DNA of 64,000 bases, from contig JASGJH010000001.1 of the NCBI GenBank assembly GCA_047601445.1, forward strand, positions 1,248,001 to 1,312,000, given 5' to 3'. Made by a program: the position numbers and the translations under genes. Positions 58,598 to 64,000 of the stretch are shown here, piece by piece. The stretch's first letter is position 1. Each line of letters opens with the position of its first letter. This DNA is from Myxococcales bacterium (lineage in GTDB: Bacteria; Myxococcota_A; Polyangia; Polyangiales; DASUME01). Below the pieces are notes generated by a model. It did not search any database and was not told where the DNA came from. It worked only from the letters and a program-made list of their open reading frames with translations.

Positions 58598-59638
58598 CTA
58601 CTTCTTGTTCGAATTGTTCAGGTTCTCGACCAGGAAGTACGTGTTGGTCGCGGTAATCAGGACATTCAAGAGCGGCGTCACTCGGCTCAGGACCTCGCCC
58701 ATCTTGGCGGACCAGTGCGTGCTCACGAACACGACGTCGCCGGGGGCAAGCTCCACGTCGCCGGTCTCACCGTTGATGAAATCCTTGAAGTCGTACTGAT
58801 AGAGCAGCGGCGTCTTGATGGGACCGCGCAGCAGACGAATGTCTTCCAGGTCGGCAAGGATGGTGAACGACCCTGCCGTGGCCAGCGCCTCGGATAGGCG
58901 AATCCCGTGACGATAGGGGATCATCGTGCCACCGATGGTGCCGATGCCGAGCACCGCGATGCGCGAGCCGAGCCCTGCCGGCATGAAGAGCTGGTCGGTC
59001 GGGTGCACGATCACGTTGTGCTTGGGGTCACCCGCCAAGGCCAAGCGGATGCTGACCGGCAGCGGCACCGAATTGCGCACCAGGCGAGCCTCGTCGAGAT
59101 CGGCGATGTAGTTGATTTCACCTTCGACCTCGCTGCGCAGCGGCCCGCCCGCGGCGGCAATCAGCTCGGCGACGCGCATGCCCGGCGTCAGCGGAATCTG
59201 ACCTTCGTTGACCACCGCGCCGATGACGGTGGCGTAATGACCACCCTGCCCCGTGACCAGCACGCTGACCCGCACGAAGCGATCGAACTTCTGCATCGCC
59301 TCTTCGATCTTGCGCTCCGACTGCTGGGGCGAAAGACCGCTGACCTGGATGGCGCCCGCGATCGGCACGTGCACCTTGCCTTCGCCGTCGACGACGAGGC
59401 CCGAATACGTGGTCGATTCGGTACTGGTCGCGATGATGTCGATGGTGTCGCCCGGCAGCAGCGAGAGCGGAATCGGCGGGTCGTTCTCGACGCCGTTGCG
59501 CATGACGCCGCCCGGCGTGTACCCCTTGTCCTCCATCGGGTAGGTAGGCGGGGGCTTGTACGAAGAGCATCCGGTGAGCCCACTGACCAGGGAAAGCACA
59601 ACGAAGCCCCAAATAAATGCGCTGTACCTTGAGTGCAT
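58598..59638 (-). CDS. Outer-membrane polysaccharide export lipoprotein (Wza/OPX family)
   Basis: Lipobox LTGC; PES motif VDGEGKVHVPIAG..VSGLS; two SLBB-like domains; C-terminal amphipathic helix; ATG 59638. Confidence 0.88.
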   Translation of the reverse strand: MHSRYSAFIWGFVVLSLVSGLTGCSSYKPPPTYPMEDKGYTPGGVMRNGVENDPPIPLSLLPGDTIDIIATSTESTTYSGLVVDGEGKVHVPIAGAIQVSGLSPQQSERKIEEAMQKFDRFVRVSVLVTGQGGHYATVIGAVVNEGQIPLTPGMRVAELIAAAGGPLRSEVEGEINYIADLDEARLVRNSVPLPVSIRLALAGDPKHNVIVHPTDQLFMPAGLGSRIAVLGIGTIGGTMIPYRHGIRLSEALATAGSFTILADLEDIRLLRGPIKTPLLYQYDFKDFINGETGDVELAPGDVVFVSTHWSAKMGEVLSRVTPLLNVLITATNTYFLVENLNNSNKK

Positions 59639-59704
59639 GAGACCCACGATGGGAGCGCCGTGCGAGAACACAAGCGCCAAGGTTGAAGGTTCCGCGGGCT
59701 GACT

Positions 59705-59721
59705 TTGGCACGCACGCTGCG
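59705..59721 (+). promoter_or_regulatory. Sigma54 -24/-12 promoter
   Basis: TTGGCACG-CACG-CTGCG with exact GG-N10-GC spacing, about 40 nt before ATG 59762. Confidence 0.7.
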
Positions 59722-59761
59722 GCCTGCAAAGAGCCGAGTGCAGGTTAGACTGACCAGACGC

Positions 59762-61444
59762 ATGCCCGAACAACACGACGTCCGCGTGCTGTCTGTGGAG
59801 CAGGCCCTGGTCGACGAAGCCTGCATCGCCAGCGTTACCACTTCGGTTCGACAGGCGCTTCACGGCCAACCTGAGGCAACCGCGCGCTCGACTGTGGCGA
59901 TCGACCTCACTCGGACCCAGGACATCACGCCTCGCGCACTCGCCGCCCTGCTGGAGTTTCCTGCTTCGCAGCCCACGCTCGCGACTCGTGAAGAGGGCGA
60001 AAAAATGCTCGCGCTGGTGGGTCTCGGGCGCCGCTCGACCCTACTCGCCGTGCAGGTCGGCCTGGCCGAGCACTTCGACTTCTACGCGTCGCGCTCGGCC
60101 CTCGAAAACCGGGGCCACGAGTTCCCTCGCAAGGGTATGTGCGCCGTCATCCATGAGCTCCCCGACTGCATCGGCGTGGGAGCGCTGGACGTCGCTGGCA
60201 GGGCGCTGCTCGTTCGCCAACTCCAGTTTCTGCGGGATATCGGTATCGAGGACGTGATCGTCGAGATTGTGGAGGGGCCCCACGCCATCGAACGCGCACA
60301 GCTCGTGCTCGGCGACGATCCACTCACCGCTCGCACCCAGGTGATTCCTAGCGCGCGTCCCATGGGGCCGCGCGAGCTGGCGCGGCGCGCAGGCTGCGTG
60401 GAGAACGAGCTATTCCTGAGCTTGCCCGCGGATCTCGCCGTGCATGGAAAGCCCGATCTCCAGCTGCAAGGCCCCACCCGCTATCACCTGCCTGCCCCCT
60501 CCGAGGCCCGCGCGCCGCAGTCGGCACTCGAGCTTCGTTCGCGCCGCGAAGGCGTTTCCGCGCCCGCATCCGTGGACGCCAGCGGTTGGGCTTTCCAGGT
60601 GCAGAACCTCGATCAGGCCCACAGCCTGGCCTGCGCAGCCCTGGAGGGACGCGCCCCCGGCCTGCTCGTGCACGCTGCCGAGATCAAGCCGGGCGTGTGG
60701 GTCGCCCGCGGCGCGCGCGTTTCGCCCGAGGCGCAGGTCTCCGGACCGGTGTTGATCGGCGCCAACGCGCGTGTGCTCGGCGACGCGAAGATCGGCCCAC
60801 GTGCCGTGCTCGGAGAAGGCGTGGTGGTGGAGCGTGGCGCCGCGGTCAGCGAAGCGTCCGTCGGCGCCAACACCATCCTGGGGGAAGGCACACGCATCCG
60901 CAGCGCCTACGCAGATGCGCAGGGCATCGTGAGCTTCGAGACGGGCGGCCGCACCCCGATCGGAGAATCCCTGGTGCTCGCGGCCCGCACCGATACCGGC
61001 ACGGCCCTCGTTTCGCGCTTGTTCGCGCTGTTCTTGTTGGTGCTCTTGGCCACCCCGTGGTTGTTGGGATTGGCCGTCCAAAAGGCCCTGCGAAGGCCCG
61101 CGATCCGCTCCATCAAGACACGACGAGGCCGCCTTCACACGGGCGATTCCGGCTTCGGCGTGGTCGACCTGCTGCCGGCCTTGTTCGACGTGGTCATGGG
61201 TCGCCGCGATCTGGTGGGAATTAACGACTGGCGCGCCCTCGAGGCCGCCGCCCATGCCGCTGCCCATGAAGGCGGTGATGGCTGGCGCGCAGGCGCCATC
61301 GATCTGTCACGCGCCATGGCCCCCGGAGCGAGTACCCAGACCCTGTTGCGCATGTGGCGTTGGTACCGTGTTCACAAAAATGCTTCGTTGGACCGCTCAC
61401 TTTGGCGCGAAGGCGTGTTTAAACCGCTCCGAAAACCCGAGTAA
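59762..61444 (+). CDS. STAS-like / degenerate nucleotidyltransferase / left-handed beta-helix / degenerate phosphoglycosyl transferase fusion
   Basis: VAIDLTRTQDITPRALAALL; LDVAGRALLVRQLQFLRDIGIEDV; hexapeptide repeats GPVLIGANARV...; TM then VDLLPALFDVVMGRRDLVG. Confidence 0.7.
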   Translation: MPEQHDVRVLSVEQALVDEACIASVTTSVRQALHGQPEATARSTVAIDLTRTQDITPRALAALLEFPASQPTLATREEGEKMLALVGLGRRSTLLAVQVGLAEHFDFYASRSALENRGHEFPRKGMCAVIHELPDCIGVGALDVAGRALLVRQLQFLRDIGIEDVIVEIVEGPHAIERAQLVLGDDPLTARTQVIPSARPMGPRELARRAGCVENELFLSLPADLAVHGKPDLQLQGPTRYHLPAPSEARAPQSALELRSRREGVSAPASVDASGWAFQVQNLDQAHSLACAALEGRAPGLLVHAAEIKPGVWVARGARVSPEAQVSGPVLIGANARVLGDAKIGPRAVLGEGVVVERGAAVSEASVGANTILGEGTRIRSAYADAQGIVSFETGGRTPIGESLVLAARTDTGTALVSRLFALFLLVLLATPWLLGLAVQKALRRPAIRSIKTRRGRLHTGDSGFGVVDLLPALFDVVMGRRDLVGINDWRALEAAAHAAAHEGGDGWRAGAIDLSRAMAPGASTQTLLRMWRWYRVHKNASLDRSLWREGVFKPLRKPE

Positions 61445-61477
61445 TTTCGCGAGACAACAAACTTTCTTCAGACTTTT

Positions 61478-61506
61478 TTGACAGCTCTCCGCACGTTCAG
61501 TAATCC
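61478..61506 (+). promoter_or_regulatory. lexA promoter with candidate SOS box in the spacer
   Basis: TTGACA-N17-TAATCC; spacer contains CTCTCCGCACGTTCAG. Confidence 0.55.
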
Positions 61507-61600
61507 TATGTCTCACCTAATCACGTGGGCAGCCAGCTCGCTGAAGAGGTCAAAGCGCCAAAAACCAGGCGCGTGAGCGGAACGACGAGGCGAGGCGGAG

Positions 61601-62281
61601 ATGCAGAAACTCACTCAGCGTCAAAAGATGGTGCTCGAGTTCATCCAGACCACCATCGACACCGATGGCTATCCCCCCACGTTGCGAGAGATCGGCAACT
61701 TCATGGGGATCCGCAGCACCAACGGCGTCAATGATCACCTGCGCGCCCTCGAGCGCAAGGGCTACCTCACGCGCAAGGACATGAAGTCTCGCACGCTGCG
61801 CCCCACGCGCGCCGTGGAGCGACTGCTCAAGGGCACCACGGTGGCGTTCGAGACGGACCTCGAAGACGAGACCGAGGACGACAACCTGATCGAGATCCCG
61901 ATCCTCGGCCGAGTCGCCGCGGGCGCTCTGCAAGAAGCCATCGAACAGCCGAGCGACCACGTACGCATCGACCGCATGTTGATCGGGGGCCAGCGCGACG
62001 TGTTCGGCCTGCGCATCAAGGGCGAGTCGATGATCGAGGCGGGCATCCACGACGGTGACTACGTGTTCGTGCGCAAGCAGCTCGAAGCCACGCGCGGTCA
62101 GGTCGTCATCGCGTTGGTAGGCGACGAAGCCACCTGCAAGTACTTCTTCCCCGAGCGCGATCACATTCGCCTCGAGCCTGCCAACAGCACCATGACCTCC
62201 ATCATCATCCCCAAGACCGACTGGCGGGATACGCAACTGCTCGGCGTGGTGGTCGGCGTCTACCGCAAGCTGCTCAGCTGA
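61601..62281 (+). CDS. lexA: SOS repressor LexA
   Basis: LTQRQ, GYPPTLREI, HLRALERKGY; Ala-Gly cleavage site GRVAAG; catalytic Ser (GESM) and Lys (ATCK). Confidence 0.97.
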   Translation: MQKLTQRQKMVLEFIQTTIDTDGYPPTLREIGNFMGIRSTNGVNDHLRALERKGYLTRKDMKSRTLRPTRAVERLLKGTTVAFETDLEDETEDDNLIEIPILGRVAAGALQEAIEQPSDHVRIDRMLIGGQRDVFGLRIKGESMIEAGIHDGDYVFVRKQLEATRGQVVIALVGDEATCKYFFPERDHIRLEPANSTMTSIIIPKTDWRDTQLLGVVVGVYRKLLS

Positions 62282-62341
62282 AGCGCAGCGCGCGTTTTCG
62301 CACTCGCCTTTGAGGGCGTGGTCGGGCAAAAGAGTCTGACC

Positions 62342-63529
62342 ATGCCCATTTTTTCAGCATTCGAGCCGCCTTCCCGCGTCCTCATGGGCCCCGGGCCTAG
62401 CGACGTCCCCGCCAGCGTGCTGGAGGCGCTGGGCAGGCCCACCATCGGACATCTCGATCCGCGCTTCCTCGGCTTGCTGGACGAGACCCGCAGCATGTTG
62501 CGCGTGTTATTCGGGACCACGAACGAACTCACCATGCCGATGAGCGGCACCGGCTCGGCAGGCATGGAGACCTGCGTGATCAACGTGGTCGAACCGGGGG
62601 ATCGGGTGTTGGTCGGCGTCCACGGCGTGTTCGGGCAACGGCTCGCCGAGGTAGCCAGGCGCGCGGGCGCCGAGGTGGTCGCGGTGGACTGCCCCTGGGG
62701 GCGCGCACTGGACGTCGAGGCCCTCCGCAAGGCTGCCCAGGGACGCAGCTTCAAGCTGGTATGCGTGGTGCACGCGGAGACCTCGACCGGCGCGCTGACG
62801 CCGCTCGCGCCGTTTCGGGAGCTGGCAGACGAGCTGGGCGCGCTGCTGTTGGTGGACGCCGTGACATCGCTCGGCGGCCTCCCGGTGGAAGTCGATCGCG
62901 CAGGCGTGGATCTGATCTACTCGGGTACGCAAAAGTGCCTGAGCTGCCCGCCCGGTCTCTCGCCGATCAGTCTCTCACAGCGGGCCCAGGAGGTTCTCCA
63001 GCGGCGCAAGATCGCGGTGCAGAGCTGGTACCTGGATCTGAGCCTGATCGCCCGCTACTGGGGCGGCGAGCGGCTCTATCATCACACCGCGCCCATCAAC
63101 ATGCTGTACGGCTTGCACGAGGCGCTGCGGCTCTGTCTCGCGGAGGGCCTCGAAGCGCGTTACGCGCGGCATGCGCTTCACAGTCGCGCGCTGGCAGCCG
63201 GCCTGGAGGCGCTCGGGCTCACGCTGCCTGTGCCGGCGGCGGAGCGCCTGCCGCCGCTGACCTTGGTGAGCATCCCACCGAGCATCGACGACGCCCGCAC
63301 CCGGCGTCAGCTCCTGGAGCAATACGGCATCGAGATCGGTGGCGGACTCGGAGCCTTCAAGGGCAATGCCTGGCGCATCGGGTTGATGGGTGCGAGTTCG
63401 ACGCGTCGCCACGTCATGCTGTGCCTTGCGGCCCTCGGCGACGTGCTGGGACAGCAGGGCCATCGCGCGCCGCGAGATGCGCTTGCGGCCGCCCAGGCGA
63501 GCTACGGCGAAGGCGCCACGAACACCTGA
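62342..63529 (+). CDS. Alanine--glyoxylate / serine--pyruvate aminotransferase (class V PLP)
   Basis: [50 protein letters not shown]. Confidence 0.93.
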   Translation: MPIFSAFEPPSRVLMGPGPSDVPASVLEALGRPTIGHLDPRFLGLLDETRSMLRVLFGTTNELTMPMSGTGSAGMETCVINVVEPGDRVLVGVHGVFGQRLAEVARRAGAEVVAVDCPWGRALDVEALRKAAQGRSFKLVCVVHAETSTGALTPLAPFRELADELGALLLVDAVTSLGGLPVEVDRAGVDLIYSGTQKCLSCPPGLSPISLSQRAQEVLQRRKIAVQSWYLDLSLIARYWGGERLYHHTAPINMLYGLHEALRLCLAEGLEARYARHALHSRALAAGLEALGLTLPVPAAERLPPLTLVSIPPSIDDARTRRQLLEQYGIEIGGGLGAFKGNAWRIGLMGASSTRRHVMLCLAALGDVLGQQGHRAPRDALAAAQASYGEGATNT

Positions 63530-63999
63530 ACGCCGAACGCCCCGTAGCCTTTGAAGGCCTTGGCGCGCAGGGTCCAGGTTCCGCTGACGTCCGCGCACAC
63601 GCGCTGCATGTTGATGCTGTTTTGCTCCTGGGCGCGGGCGACCGTGTTGCCGCGTTGGTCGAGCACCTCGAGCTCCAACGCGCGGAGCGATGGAACTCCC
63701 GCCGCCACCGCCAGATAGCAGCGCCCGCCCACGACCTCGAAGTGGCTCGTGTGAACGTCGTTGGTGGCAAGCTGCCCGTTCTCGAAGGCCATGGCAGCCG
63801 CCTTGGCCCCTTGATTGCGGTGGATGTCGCGCATGCGCGTGGCCACCAACGCATCGCCCTTGCCTCCCACGGGCCAGCGCGCTTCGAGCTCGGGGTTGGG
63901 TCCGCCGAAGAGCTGCCAGGCCGCGCGTGCGGTCCCGACGCTGGTGCGCAACGTGAGCGCATGGGCACCACCCTGCTTCGGGCAGAAGTTCTGGGCATC
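63502..63999 (-). CDS. Hypothetical protein with repeated beta-sandwich (PPC-like) units, 5' end outside window
   Basis: Frame open to the window edge; two similar units FCPKQGG...AWQLF and VCADVSG...GVQVF. Confidence 0.55.
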   Translation of the reverse strand, partial: DAQNFCPKQGGAHALTLRTSVGTARAAWQLFGGPNPELEARWPVGGKGDALVATRMRDIHRNQGAKAAAMAFENGQLATNDVHTSHFEVVGGRCYLAVAAGVPSLRALELEVLDQRGNTVARAQEQNSINMQRVCADVSGTWTLRAKAFKGYGAFGVQVFVAPSP

Positions 64000-64000
64000 G

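Noticed and set aside
63502..63529. 28-nt convergent overlap of the aminotransferase and the last gene
   Set aside because: Short 3' overlaps are common in compact GC-rich genomes; no sign of function.

Overview
GC-rich, gene-dense core-genome segment. Gene content (TSP3-repeat OmpA-type protein, MYXO-CTERM-like signal, Ser/Thr kinase, HEAT protein, split nuo operon) points by inference to a myxobacterium (Myxococcota, probably Polyangia-like). It holds about 56 CDS and one tRNA-Val(CAC); I found no rRNA, CRISPR array, integrase or transposase. Recognisable genes: hisZ-purA, ridA, xth, crotonase, thiolase, meaB, gshA, ihfB, metB-like, nuoABCD-G-H-I, an OmpR-type two-component pair, pepP, proC, yggS, maf, recD2, pgm, truD, exbB-exbD-tonB, psd, glnB, ubiB-family kinase, a Wza-type exporter, lexA and a class V aminotransferase. 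Four genes carry single-base frameshifts that restore cleanly (about 9004, 28184, 48555, 51142), most likely assembly indels. Best candidates for uncharacterised systems: (1) a sigma54-preceded STAS / dead nucleotidyltransferase / left-handed beta-helix / dead phosphoglycosyl-transferase fusion divergent from the Wza gene; (2) an operon of Ser/Thr kinase, MinD-type ATPase-pseudo-J-HTH fusion, maf and yggS; (3) an ExbBD-TonB motor followed by a TSP3 beta-barrel protein with a degenerate OmpA domain instead of a TonB-dependent receptor; (4) a matrixin protease with an internal MYXO-CTERM-like signal followed by a second signal-like segment. All family calls come from motifs recognised by eye; no database searches were run.
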